Assembly: GCA_905178155.1 (NCBI GenBank)
Contig: CAJINV010000009.1
Location: forward strand, 434,001 to 498,000
Reading direction: 5' to 3'
Source: Amoebophrya sp. A120
Lineage: Eukaryota > Protista > Dinoflagellata
Length of the DNA: 64,000 bases
Shown: positions 11,257-23,459 of the stretch, piece by piece
Layout: every line of letters begins with the position of its first letter
Numbering within the stretch: position 1 is the first letter of the stretch
Translations under genes and position numbers: made by a program
The notes under the pieces: generated by a model
The model's database searches: none
Told to the model about the DNA's origin: nothing
The model's input: only the letters and a program-made list of their open reading frames with translations

Positions 11257-12002
11257 GGTTTACTAGAGTGGGAGCTTTCTTAGAAGTTAGTTCGAATTCG
11301 CTTTGTTGACGCGTCGTTTCTTCATTCGACGACTCATAAAGCAAAAACACACAGAACATCGAGTACAGGACGTTAAACGTTTACAGAATATGAATAGATG
11401 ACTGGTGGACGCCGTTCCTTCTCCGTAAAGCGAACTGAAAGTCCGTCATCATCTTGCATTGTTTATTTGCAATTGCATGATGAAGTTTGCCGTACTAGAA
11501 AAGTGCAGCGACACAAACGCTCTCAAACATAAAGGCGCAGTCAGCACATTCAGCGAGTGATTATCACCAGTGCGTGGTGTACGTTTGTTTCGTTATTTGC
11601 GATGTTCTACAGTATTCGCTGCGGCTCATCAGAGACAGATCATGAAAATGAATTTGGACGGTATTTCGAGTGAACTATCGTGTTGCAGTTGCTCTTGTTG
11701 AAACTTGCAAAAAATCATAGCAAACACTGTGGTCGTTCACGCTCAGCACAACAGTTACAGTTGCGTTTCTGCTGCTTGAAAATTCTGCTATCCTTTTTAC
11801 GCTGAAACCAAAAATTCATGGGTGCGTCTGTGCTGCTTGTGCTGCATGTGTATTGAACGAGAGCGAAGGAGAGCTCTACCACTAATCGCCCCCGCCGGTT
11901 TCGCACTCACTTTTCCGCCGTGGCTACAAATTGTCGAACCGAAGTTGACTCAGACTCAATCAGGACATCGCGATCGCAAACTGCTTCCGCTACAACAAAG
12001 CC

Positions 12003-14079
12003 ATGTTGTCAGCTGCGATGCACGAGAACATCCCACACCGCAAATGCAGTGCTTGTTGGAGGTTCTTTCCGAGAAGTCGCACGTGCTCACTTTTACTGTT
12101 ACTTCTCAACTTCTACACTGCCCTTCACTTTCAACGGTGCCAGGCCACGCACATCAACGAAACTGTGGTGACCTCTGCGCTGCCGCGCCGGCCCCTGCGC
12201 GTCGCCATGATCCCGTTCACCTGGATGCCCTGGGCCAAGTACGACGCCGAAAAAGGCGTTTACACGGAGGGTTTTCTACCGGACTTTTGGCGGGCACTGT
12301 CCTCCCTGCCCTGCGACATCCGGCCGAAGGGGGTCCCCTGCTTCGACATTCAATTCGTCACCATTCCCAACACCCCCGAGTATTTCGCCGACCCCAGTGC
12401 GTTCACGCGGCAGATGGTGCTCAGCAACCAGGTGGACGTCGGGTTTGACTCGAATGACCACTTTTACGCAGACCAGCTGGCGTACACGCAACCCATGGTG
12501 CTCAACTGGACTGTGGGGATTCTGAAGAAAAAGAAAGTTTCCGTCGGGCTCTGGCAGATTTTCGCGCCCTTCACCACGGAGCTCTGGGTCGCGCTCCTCT
12601 TGTCCATTTTGTTCGGAGCTTTCGTACTGCAACTCCTCTCTTTGATCTCCTCGAGTACGCAAGTGTCGGTGAAAAATTTCGCCGAGTCTCTGTATCACAC
12701 GACGGCGGCACTGCTGGGTGGTGACGAGTACGATTTATACCATGTGAGTCCTCTGGGTCGGCTGTACCGTACGGGTTTGCTGTTTCTGATCCTCATCACG
12801 TCCGCCACCTACACCGCGAATCTGGCCGCGTTTCTGACGAAACCCGCGATAAGCGTCCAGGGCCCGAAAACTTTGACCGATCTGAAGGACGCGACGGCCT
12901 GCGCCCGGCACCGCGCAATCACGAAGCTCGGAGATTTCGTCGGCGACTTGAAATTTCCCCCCGTTGGCATGGCCGTCACGGACACCGTTAAGTGGGCGCA
13001 AGACATGCTGGAGTCCGGGCAGTGCGATGTGATTGTCGAAAATGATGCGAACGCGCGCACGGAAATGCTGGAGAACTGCGAAAGGTTCCATGTCGAGGAG
13101 AATCTGCAATTTTTGCCGTCCTACACCTACAACATCGTGCGAAAGGAGGACACGCAGCTGGCCACCTGGATCTCCGAAGCGACGATAGTGTTGATGGGAG
13201 TATTTCTATTTATGCTTAGCTTCTTTTGAATTTTCGGAGGATACACATAGAAGTGTAGGGTGATGGAGCACTCTTGAGTGTAAGTAGTGTCGTGTGAAGA
13301 TTGATATCATGAATTTGTTTTGTATTGTTCAGCATCGATCTGGGAAAAATCGCATATTAATGTCTTCAAAACTATCCCAAACAACACTCTCCTTGCAGCA
13401 CCCGCTGTATGCGCAGATTCTGCAGTCGAACATGAAACTTGGCCGCACTTGCGACGACCAGATGGAAGTTGACGACACAACACCGATCAACGTAGAGCAG
13501 ATGGGCGGCATGTTCGTGATTTTCGGCGCCACCGGTGTGGTCGCGGTTTTGGTGACCATAGCAGACCGGTGCCATCGGAGAAAACCTCGCAAGCCCGAAG
13601 ATTTCGAAGAAGACGTGCGTACCAGCTTGGAAAAGTTGGAGGAAAGCATGGCGGCATTGCAGGAAAGAGTTGCGAAAATTGGTTCGGCCGGAGCTGCTGT
13701 GAGGACACTACCATCTGCTGACGGTGACGCTAGTGCGGCCATTGCGATGCAGGACCAGGATCAAGATGAGGATAACTACGGGCGATCTAGCTCGAAGAAC
13801 GTCGTTTATCCCCCCGGAGGCCCCCTCGCTGTCGGGCAATTACAGCCTTCACGAAGTCCTACAACAACGACCGGTGCAGGTTCCGCATCGGCTTCGCAGG
13901 TTGCGCCGCCGCCATTTGGGGCGATGGCACTCGCACCTCCGCGAGGCTATGTTGGGGTAGATGACGGCGAGGTCTTAGACCCCGATCAGCATTTGGACGT
14001 CGAGGTGCTTCCGACTTCTGCAATGCCGAGGGAAACTCCAAAACGCGTTCGCGCAGAAAAAGAGTGGCTGAATTGGTGA
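12003..14079 (+). CDS. Ionotropic glutamate receptor-like (GLR) channel, join(12003..13199,13399..14079)
   Basis: IFAPFTTELWVAL (pre-M1/M1), re-entrant segment SLYHTTAALLGG, gating motif TYTANLAAFLT (SYTANLAAF), M4 after PINVEQMGGMF. GT-AG phase-0 intron 13200-13398. Start codon uncertain. Confidence 0.85.
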
Positions 14080-15815
14080 GCAGTGCTGATGCTATTCTGC
14101 AGGTTGCTCGACAACACAACATTACCCGGCTCATTTTTTACTTGCAAGGTTTTTGCGTACAATTTGTTTCCGTTTCTCTAGGTTGTCTAGTTTCGCACCG
14201 AATACTTTGCTCAATGGGAAGTACTTACATAGCAGCGCGTTGTCAGTGCAGCGATAACGATAGGAAAAAGTTACATCGACGGGCAACAAGAACAACCAAC
14301 CTGATCAACTAGTCTGTGTCGGCTCTGTCAGACCATGTGTTTGGATTCTGAATATGCGAAGAAACAGAAATGATCGTAGAGGCATCGAAGTAGAACTAGA
14401 TCTACAAACTGGAATTCTGAGAGACCACTGCAGACGACAGAGACGTGCAGCAAGTGAATGCATTGCGAGCGATTTCATGATTGAAAAGGAGAGAGGTCGA
14501 GAGCGGAATCGACTTAGTATGAGATGTGAGCTCGAGTTCGAGTTGTTTTCGCGATAGACAACGAGGAGGGTGAGCTTTTGCTTTTCTGAAGCAGTACTGA
14601 GCGAACAAAATTAAGTAGAGTGTGTTAATATAGTGAGTGACAATACGCATTTGTGTCTGAATATGATTCGTGCAGCTCTAGCAACATCGCAAATCTTTTT
14701 CTTTCGTCGTGGTCCCCATTCTCATTGATAATTCGTTTTCGACGATGAAAAGAGGTCGATTGCCCACCGAACACCTTACGTCGACGTGCATGTCTTCACA
14801 CACCTCATGGCGACTGGTGTTGCCGCCTAGATTTCTCTCAGATCATCTTCAAACGCAGAAACTGTAGGAAGAGAAAAAACTAGTCTGTGTAGCTAGACTT
14901 ACGTAGATGTACGTACGACGAGCTGCTCCACTGCTCGAACTCTAAACTAACTACGCAGTGCCTTATTCTTTCAGCTGCACCAAATGTACCTCACTGATCT
15001 GTTCGAGCTTTTCAAATGCAATAAAACGAAATTCAAAATGAGGAAGAAGCCTGGTGCGCTAGCACTTGCACTGATGTAATTCGAACGTATTTATTTCTAC
15101 TCCCGAGCCCCGGCACAAAAACAAAAGAAGGCCAGAGTTGTGGAAAGTAGGCACACCAACAAGGTGACACTAACAAGGTGCAGCGCTGCTGGACAGAAAT
15201 TCAGCTTCGTCTTGTTGCGGCAGCCCTGATAGTCGCGACGCATACCCGCCGGAGTCATCGTGTCGCGGAACATTGGAAGTTTTTCACCCCCGCGGAGCGC
15301 GTACTAGAAGAAAGTATTCTTCAGTGCTGTACAGCAGAATCGGAATCGGCTACAGACACGGTTGCACCTAAATTTTGAGAAAAACCAGTGCTGGTACACA
15401 TTGCTAATCGACGTGAATCGGCCGTTCGTCGCAATAAAGAAGCGTCGACCTCCTTGTTATCACCTGGTGGAAAAGAAATACAAATAGTCGTTGACTACAG
15501 CATCAGCAGCTGTCGACGGGAAGAAGTTGGAGAAGTTCTCACGACAACACGTCAAGAGCGTCATCGTAGCGGTAGGGACAATCGAGGCCGTGGTTGTACT
15601 GCTAACGGTCAGTAGCTCCACTTCATTGCGGAACCGCGGGACAACGCGGTGGTTTCATCACTTCTTTCATTCCACAACTTGAACTTCCTCGACGTGGCAT
15701 CGCGAAGGAGCGGAGCAAAAGAAGTTTGCGAGTTGAAGAAAAAATAAAAAGGCAGCGTAGTGAAGGGGAACAAGTAGAGCAACCGTACTGGTAGGAAGTT
15801 CTACTGCTGACAAAG

Positions 15816-18800
15816 ATGTCGAAGCCAGCAGAGAATGGTGGAGGTGCGGATGGGGACAGGAGGCTGTCGAGCGGGACCATGGAGCACCTGAAAGCCATCG
15901 AGCAACTGCAAAAAGCAACGCTGTCAGAGTCAAAGCCTGCGAAGAAAAAGCCAAAGGACAAACATAAGGTACAATTTGTTGTAGTGCAAGTGTGAATCGT
16001 TGGAGTCAGAGCAAAACTCTAACCTGCTACAAAAATCGAAATTACTTACTTAACGTGTTTGTTCTTCATCGCACGAACACGACCATGTACAACCAGAATC
16101 ACGTAGGAAAGCCCACACTGGCTACTTTCTATCTAAAACTTTGAACCGCACAGGCACCCCACGTGCCAAAGACCGACATCGACAAGAGGCACAAGATCAT
16201 TCTGTTTGGCAGGATATACAAGGGTAGCGAGCCAGAAGAGGAGAAGTTGTACAGTTTCACGCATCAACGGGCAGATGGTGTTATCACCGAAGGTTACATT
16301 CCGGTGGGTTTTCTGTCCATGTTGCCCGTGGAGGACGAGCACCTGTAAAGCGATTTTTTGTTTGAAAAGCTCTAGAGTTTGATGAAGTATCGTGCTGTAT
16401 ACGTTGTCTATATCCTCCCTCTTGTACTATGTTTCTTTTCGACGTGGAGGTCTGTGCTGAGTGGCTGAACTCTTAATGCGATCATCGCAACGACAACTCC
16501 GCTGAGGTTCTTCGCCGTCCGCAAGACACCGATGGGCCCGGAGTTTCAGGTAGCGCACAAAACGGAGAAGAATGTCGTCTGCGACTGGGATCTGAACCCA
16601 GATGCAATGTGGGGAAACGTTGTCACAAATTTCGACAGAAGAGATTTGTTTTCCGAGAAAACTATGAACTACCTTGACGCTGACCCGTTCGTGCTTTTCG
16701 GCATTGACGATCTCACCACACAAAAAGCGCTGAGAAAACTCGACAAGTTTCCGGTCTTGCTGTGCCGAGGCGTCAAGCCAGATTCGGAGGAGTGGTATGA
16801 TCTGTATGCAGATGTGAAGCGAATTAATGGAGGTCTTCGCGTTCTGCAAATCAGAACCGATAATGTTTGTTTCTCTGCTACTTCGACTTCCCGTGCGTGA
16901 TTTTCTTGAAATACAAAAAGGTTTGCTTACCTCGAGCTTGATAGTGAACACGACTCCCAACTCGGCTGGATTGTGCAAGCGTTGGCTGAAATGGAGCTCC
17001 CAGCGCCGTGGACGAGTTACAAGGGGATTGGGTCCATCGTGTGCTTTCTGAACCACCAGACGGGGAGAAGTACCTGGAAGCACCCGTTTTACGACTACTT
17101 CGCACAACTCAAAACTTTCGCTTTGACCGCCAGCCCGGATCACGTGAAGCAGGTACTGATAGTGTACGCAGATAAATGATCATGATGCTACTAACTTGCT
17201 TATCAGCATCACAGCGGACGCGAAATTCCAGTTGCTGGAACTCGAATTAATCTATTTCTACTTACACCTGGTGGCACTGCCTCGAATTAATCTATTTCTA
17301 CTTACACGTTTACGCAGCCGCAAGCGCAAGGATCGCACGTGCAGCAATAGTAAAGTGGCAAAACATGATCACAGACTGCTATGAATATCGAATTTCTCCA
17401 TAAATTTACAGTGCCGGCTTAACCGCTTGATTTGGAGCTACGAGACGCAAGGCCCATCTGGGAGTCTGCAGGAACCGCTGGTGTCACCCGAATATGTCGA
17501 GCATCTGGCAGAAATTATGGACTACGACCTTGCTGCAGAGCCAGCTATCGTGCGAGATTTGAAAACGTACTTACAGACTTTATTACCATGCGCCGCATGC
17601 TCGTTTTTTTCCTCTGTCTAACTTGATTCATCTACTATCGTGAGTGGTAAATTTTTACAGTTGAGTTAGTCCTTCGTTATCCATTGTCACCGGGACTAAG
17701 TGGCCAGTTGTTCGATGTAAATGATCAGGTACATCAAGATCTTCGCCCACTCTTACCGGACCCAGGAAACCGTGCAGATAGAGGACGTGTTGTCACTGCA
17801 AGAGGCCGTGGAGCTGAATAGAGGTAGGTCGGACATGGTGACCGATACCTGGAAAAGCCTGAAAAACCTGCCCACCAAGGAAGACTTCAAGACCGCAAAA
17901 AGGCTATTTGAGGAAGAAAATGAAATCATTCAGAAATTAGCCAGTGGTGAGAGTTCTTTCGATTATTTTTTCCGGAATGTCGTGCGTTGCAGCTGCAGGC
18001 GCACGACCACCGGCCGGAATGCAACCTTTTACTCTTTCTAACTCTACTCAGTTACATTTTCTGTTGTTGTATTCTGTCTTCGCATGTGCATGAAAAAGAA
18101 ATCGCACAACTTGAACTTATCGATCAGGCGAAGTGATGTGTGTCGAGTGCGATAACGTTGCCTTGTCCTACTGCACGATGTTCGAGGACTACATGTGCCT
18201 TGCCTGCTTCGCTCGCCTGCACCAGAAAGGCCACCGGAGGGACGCGAAGGCCTACAAGCTGGAAGTGTGTCAACTCTGCAAGAGTAAAGCAGCCAAACTA
18301 CAATGCGGATACACCGGAAAGCTGTTCTGCCTCGAGTATTGTTGTGAAATGTGTTGGCGACGTGACACCGATGCTGCTTTTATTTTTGCAGCAGTTGTAC
18401 TCACCTACGAGGCACGACTATCCTACTTTAAGATACAGCTTCACTGCGGAAAGGCTCGCCGGACATAAGTATTTACAACAAAATAAAACAGGTGTTTCGC
18501 CATGAAGCACATCAAGGAACTGCCACCGCACGCACGGGAGATAGCCCCAACGAAAATCCACTATCACAAGATGGCACCACCCAAGAATCCGGACGAGGAT
18601 GCGGACGACGCCGAGTCGGACGTGGAGTCCGAGGTCGACTCTGAGCTCGGAATTCTCGGAGCACAGTGGGCACCGTTCTTCGACGCTAAAGGTAAAGAGA
18701 GTGTAAGCGATGTTCATGTTGTCTTTGTCAGCTCACAATACTACATGAATTTTCTCTGTAGTTGTTGTAAGTAAGATGAGTAGGTGCACCAACCTTGTTA

Positions 18801-19232
18801 CTGAAGGTGACGTAGTAGATTCACTAGTTTCGGTCGTACCCTGGGGACCACCGGCTTCATGTTCTTTTGTTTAGTCTCTTGGACATCAAAACGTGACACT
18901 TTATCGCGGAACAAGGTATCCAATACTACTACAACTTCGCGACGGGTGAGCGCATGCGACGGTCTCCACGCGCCTCTTCCGGCGACAGCGAGGCCTCCAC
19001 TCCGGTGCACAGCAACCGACGGGAGGCGAAGCACGGGCTCCAGCTCGATGATTCGTTGTCCGAGTCCAATGCGGAGTCCGGTTTGCTTGACGCACTGGAG
19101 GATGAGATGCCGACGCAGCCCAAGAAGAACCGGCTCATCAAGGAGCCGCCAACGCTCTATCCAAGACCGATCAAGCCGCCCTACAGGACGAATCCCCTCA
19201 GCGAGGGGCAGCGACCACCGCCATCGGTGTGA
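15816..19232 (+). CDS. FYR(N/C)-like, WW, tandem B-box, WW domain protein; 9 exons join(15816..15968,16154..16344,16507..16803,16921..17152,17412..17566,17729..17946,18128..18335,18492..18691,18916..19232)
   Basis: All introns GT-AG and in frame. YIPVGF..PEFQV..AMW..LFGID (FYR-like); LPAPW..FLNHQTGRSTWKHP (WW); CVEC..C..CLACFARLH and CQLC..C..CLECFAMKH (B-box-like); WAPFFDAKGIQYYYNFATGE (WW). Confidence 0.75.
17241..17307. repeat. 27-bp intronic direct repeat CTCGAATTAATCTATTTCTACTTACAC
   Basis: Exact copies at 17241-17267 and 17281-17307 inside intron 17153-17411. Confidence 0.85.
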
Positions 19233-20929
19233 GGGAAGTGGTTTCAGGTGCTGCTTGTAAGGTTCTAGGTTTTGCAGGACGGATGATCCTGACCTTATAC
19301 GCTCTCCGGTCTCAATTAGTGAGATTCTTGCTGCTTAACAAAATGCTCAAACGTACTCAGACTCAGACAGGAGTCCTGAAAATTTTAATATTGCTTGATA
19401 TATGCTTTTCCTTTTACAATTCAGATTCACAGATTCTTGCTGACATTGACGCAAATGCAGAAGAAGTATGGTAGATAGAATTCAACAAAGCAATGCGAAT
19501 ACGAACTCAACACATTGTCAAAAAATGCGTGCTAAAGTAGTTTCCAACTTTGTTTTCCAAATGCCAATCGCACCAACAAGAAAAAATGAAGGTGCGAGCA
19601 ATGAAGTGATTGCTAAATTTGTAAAATAATGTGAACTTTTACGTCGATTCTTCTAAGGTAAGTCAAACTCTTGCCAGAATTGTATCAACAATTTTCAATG
19701 TACCCCCTGTACAAAGTGCGAACTTTGTTGCCCTCCTTGAAAATGTTATGTATTCATCAACTTTTACAGTGGTTTCCGAAGATTGTCGGCTTTGCTGAGG
19801 GAAACGCAGAACATTAGCAGAACGACTCTAATATACCTACGCTGCAACTTCTGCGATTTTTTTGCGACAAGAATCTTTAGGCGTGGTTGGTGATGTTGGT
19901 CGCCACGGGAAAGCAGAGAAGCTAAGTAGAGTATTTTCGCCCGACCTGGGTGTTCCTCTATCAATCTTCGACGTCGAGGCACAGCCTCACTCCAAGGCTA
20001 GTTGGTATCGGCATGTCACGCATGAATAAGAAGCGCAAGGATGATATAGAGGAACCTTCAGACAAAAATACTACAAGGCCGCAGCTTATGTCGCGCAGTG
20101 GGAGGGTGAACGAGTTGACAGGGGGGAAAGAAAAACGCCAGAGGGTGGGCAAGGGAAAAAAATTTTGATGCAGGGCGGGGCCAAGCCCCTGCGCCGCTTC
20201 GTGTTGAAAGAACGAAGGCGGAGCGCCATGGCGCCCGTGGTTCCCGACGTTGTGCGAGCGCGAGGACCCCGCCCGTATTGGGCCCGTGTTTCTGAGGCGG
20301 CAAGCCTTAGGCCCAACAACGCAAAGCGCGGCAGCGGGCGGGCGCCTCTGGGCGGGGGAAGGTAGGAAGCAGGAGAACAGCCCGCGCCATGCGCGGCGCT
20401 GGCGCGTCACGCCCCGCCCGCGCGTCTGCTTTGTGGCCCGTCTGTGGCGCCTGCCGGTGTGCCCTGCTCCTGCGCGCCTTGCTGCTCCCCCGCCCTTCTC
20501 CCGCGCGCGGCCTCGGCTGCAGGGCAGGGGCTCGCTGGGGCCCCTGCCGCGCGCTTCTTGGGTAGAGTCAGTGGGGACGGGCGCCAGGGCAGGGCGTTCA
20601 CTGCTTTCCAGGCGCAGGGGCCCACCACCCTCCCCCCGCACCCCCGGGAAACAACGGCGCCCCGCGCGCTAGCTTGCGTGCAATCTGTTCCGCCCCCGCC
20701 TCCCCTCGCGCGCAGCCAGCCAGCGAGCGAGCGAGCCTCCATCCAAGAGAGGCTGGCTGGCTGGCAGAGAGGCGGACGGTGGCGCACTCTTCCTGTCCCC
20801 TCGCGAACAGAGGGGGGGCTCCGGGGGAGGGTGGTGGGCAGCTGCGCGCCTGCGGGCCTGGTCCTGGGGCATGGTTGCCCCCGTGGGCCGATGCTTCCCG
20901 GCCCCCCCGCGCCTCGCGCCCGCCTTCCC

Positions 20930-22078
20930 ACCCCGTGCTTCCCGCTTTCCCCTTGCTTCCCGCTTTCCCCGTGTTTCCCGCTTTCCCCGTGCTTCCCGCT
21001 TTCCCCGTGCTTCCCGCTTTCCCCGTGCTTCCCGCTTTCCCCGTGCTTCCCGCTTTCCCCGTGCTTCCTGCTTTCCCCGTGCCCCCCGTCTTCCCCGTGC
21101 TTCCCGCTTTCCCCGAGCTTCCCGCTTTCCCCGTGCTTCCCGCTTTCCCCGTGCTTCCCGCTTTCCCCGTGCTTCCCACTTTCCCCGTGCTTCCCGCCTT
21201 CCCCGTGCTCCCCGCTTTCCCCGTGTTTCCCGCCTTCCCCGTGTTTCCCGGCCGCCTTCCCCGTGTTTCCCGCGCGCCTTCCCCGTGCTTCCCGCGCGCC
21301 TTCCCCATGCCTGCCGAGCCGCTTCCCCCGTGCTTCCCGCTTTCCCCGTGTATCCCGCTTTCCCCGTGTATCCCGCTTTTCCCGTGCTTCCCGTACGTTT
21401 TCCCCGTGCGTCCCGCTTTCCCCGTGCTTCCCGACCCGTTTTCCCCGTGCTTCCCGACCCGTTTCCCCCGTGCTTTCCGCCTTCCCCGTGCTTCCCGCAC
21501 GCCTTCCCCGTGTTCCCCGGCCCGCTTTCCCCGTGCTTCCCGCTTTCCCCGTGCCCCCCGCTCTCCCCGTGCTTCCCGCTTTCCCCGTGCTTCCCGCTTT
21601 CCCCGGGCGCCCCGCTTTCCCTGGGCTTCCCGCTTTCCCCGTGCTTCCCGCTTTCCCCATGCTTTCCGCTTTCCCGTGCCCCCCACCCTCCCCGTGCCCC
21701 CCGCCTTCCCCGTGCTTCCCAGCACCCTCCCCGTGCTTCCCGCTTTCCCCGTGCGCCCCGTTTTTCCCGTGCGCCCCGTTTTCCCCGTGCTTTCCGCTTT
21801 CCCCGTGCTTCCCGCTTTCCCCGTGCTTCCCGCTTTCCCCGTGCTTCCCGTTTTCCCCGTGCTTCCCACCTTCCCCGTGCTTCCCGCTTGCCCCGTGCTT
21901 CCCGCTTTCCCCGTGCTTCCCGTCTTCCCCGTGCCTCCCAGCCGCCCGCTTTCCCCGTGCTTTCCGCTTTCCCCGTGCTCCCCGCTTTCCCCGCGCTTCC
22001 CGCTTTCCCCGCGCTTCCCGCCTTCCCCGTGCTTCCCGTTTTCCCCGTGTTTCCCGCTCTCCCCGTGCCCCCCGCCTT
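20930..22078. repeat. 18-bp minisatellite (CCCCGTGCTTCCCGCTTT)n
   Basis: Dozens of tandem degenerate copies, almost no A on the + strand; source of the spurious long repetitive ORFs. Confidence 0.95.
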
Positions 22079-22119
22079 CAAAGCCGCAAAAACCAACGGG
22101 GGAGCCGGTTTGTTTGGAA

Positions 22120-23310
22120 GGTTGTTGCGAAATATTTCCCGTCGGAATATTTTTCGAGGGCTGCAAAACGTTTCGACTTGCAAAGTATTTCGACTTGCGA
22201 AATTTTTTGGCTTGCAAAATAATACTTCGACTCCCAAAATTTTTGGGCTTGCAAAATATTTCGACTTGCAAAATTTTTCGGCCCGAAAATTTTTTGGCTT
22301 GCAAAATATTGGCCCGTGGAAAATTTTTCGAGTTGGGAAATATTTTGCGCTGCGAAATATTTTGCGTCGCAAAGTACTTCGCTCTGCGAAACGTTTCCCG
22401 TGTACTTCGCTCTGCGAAACGTTTCCCGTTGGCCGTTCCCCGTTGGCCGTTTCCCGTTGGCCGTTTCCCGTTGGCCGTTTCCCGTTGGCCGTTTCCCGTC
22501 GGCCGTTTCCCGTTGGCCGTTTCCCGTTGGCCGTTTCCCGCTGGCCGCTTCCCGTTGGCCGTTTCCCGTTTGCCGTTTCCCGTTGGCCGCTTCCCGTTGG
22601 CCGCTTCCCGTTGGCCGTTTCCCGTTGGCCGTTTCCCGTCGGCCGTTTCCCGTCGGCCGTTTCCCGTCGGGCGCTTCCCGTCGGCCGTTTCCCGTTGGGC
22701 GTTTCCCGTTTGGCGTTGGGCGATTAGATATTTGGAGTTGCAAAATATTTCGGGTTGGGAAATATTTTGCGTTGCAAAATATTTGGAGTTGCGAAATATT
22801 TTGAGTCGCAAAACCTTTGCAGCTACAGAATATTGGGAGCTGCGAAATATTTTGCGAGTTGCGGCTTGGCCGCTGGTCGTTTGCGATTTGGCCATTAACC
22901 GCTTGCGACTTGGCCGTTTGCGATTTGGCCGCTGGCCGTTGGCCGTTTGCGATTTGGCCGTTGGCCGTTGGCCGTTTGCGATTTGGCCGCTGGCCGTTGG
23001 CCGTTGGCCGTTGGCCGTTGGCCGTTGGCCGTTGGCCGTTGGCCGTTGGCCGTTGGCCGTTTGCGATTTGGCCGTTTGCGATTTGGCCGTTTGCGATTTG
23101 GCCGTTTGCGATTTGGCCGTTTGCGATTTGGCCGCTGGCCGTTTGCGATTTGGCCGCTGGCCGTTTGCGATTTGGCCGGTGGCCGTTTGCGATTTGGCCG
23201 CGCCGTTGGCCGTTTGCGACTTGGCCGCTGGCCGTTTGCGACTTGGCCGCTGGCCGTTTGCGACTTGGTCGTTGCCCGTTGGCCGGTTGCCGTTGGCCGT
23301 TGGGCGGTGA
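22120..23310. repeat. Composite repeat array: CTTGCGAAATATTTT-like motif blocks alternating with 14-bp (GGCCGTTTCCCGTT)n, 7-bp (GGCCGTT)n and 15-bp (GGCCGTTTGCGATTT)n
   Basis: AT-richer motif at about 22120-22420 and 22725-22860; 14-mer at about 22420-22712; 7/15-mers at about 22865-23305. Confidence 0.9.
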
Positions 23311-23459
23311 GCGATTTCGCAAATCGCGACAGCTTTGGAAAGTTTGAAAATTGTCAAAAAAGTTTCGGCGTGGGCGATTTTCTTTCCCGTTGCAAAATTT
23401 TAACTTGCGCAGCTCAGCAATAGGAGTTATAAGACTTCGACGAGTGGGAGTGCCCATTT

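Noticed and set aside
16345-16920. Apparent non-canonical introns in the FYR/WW gene
   Set aside because: In-frame GT-AG solutions exist (16345-16506 and 16804-16920).
20407-23457. Long ORFs of 400-900 aa on both strands
   Set aside because: Translations of stop-poor tandem repeats (PCFPLS, GKHGES, ANGQRPT units), open in many frames.
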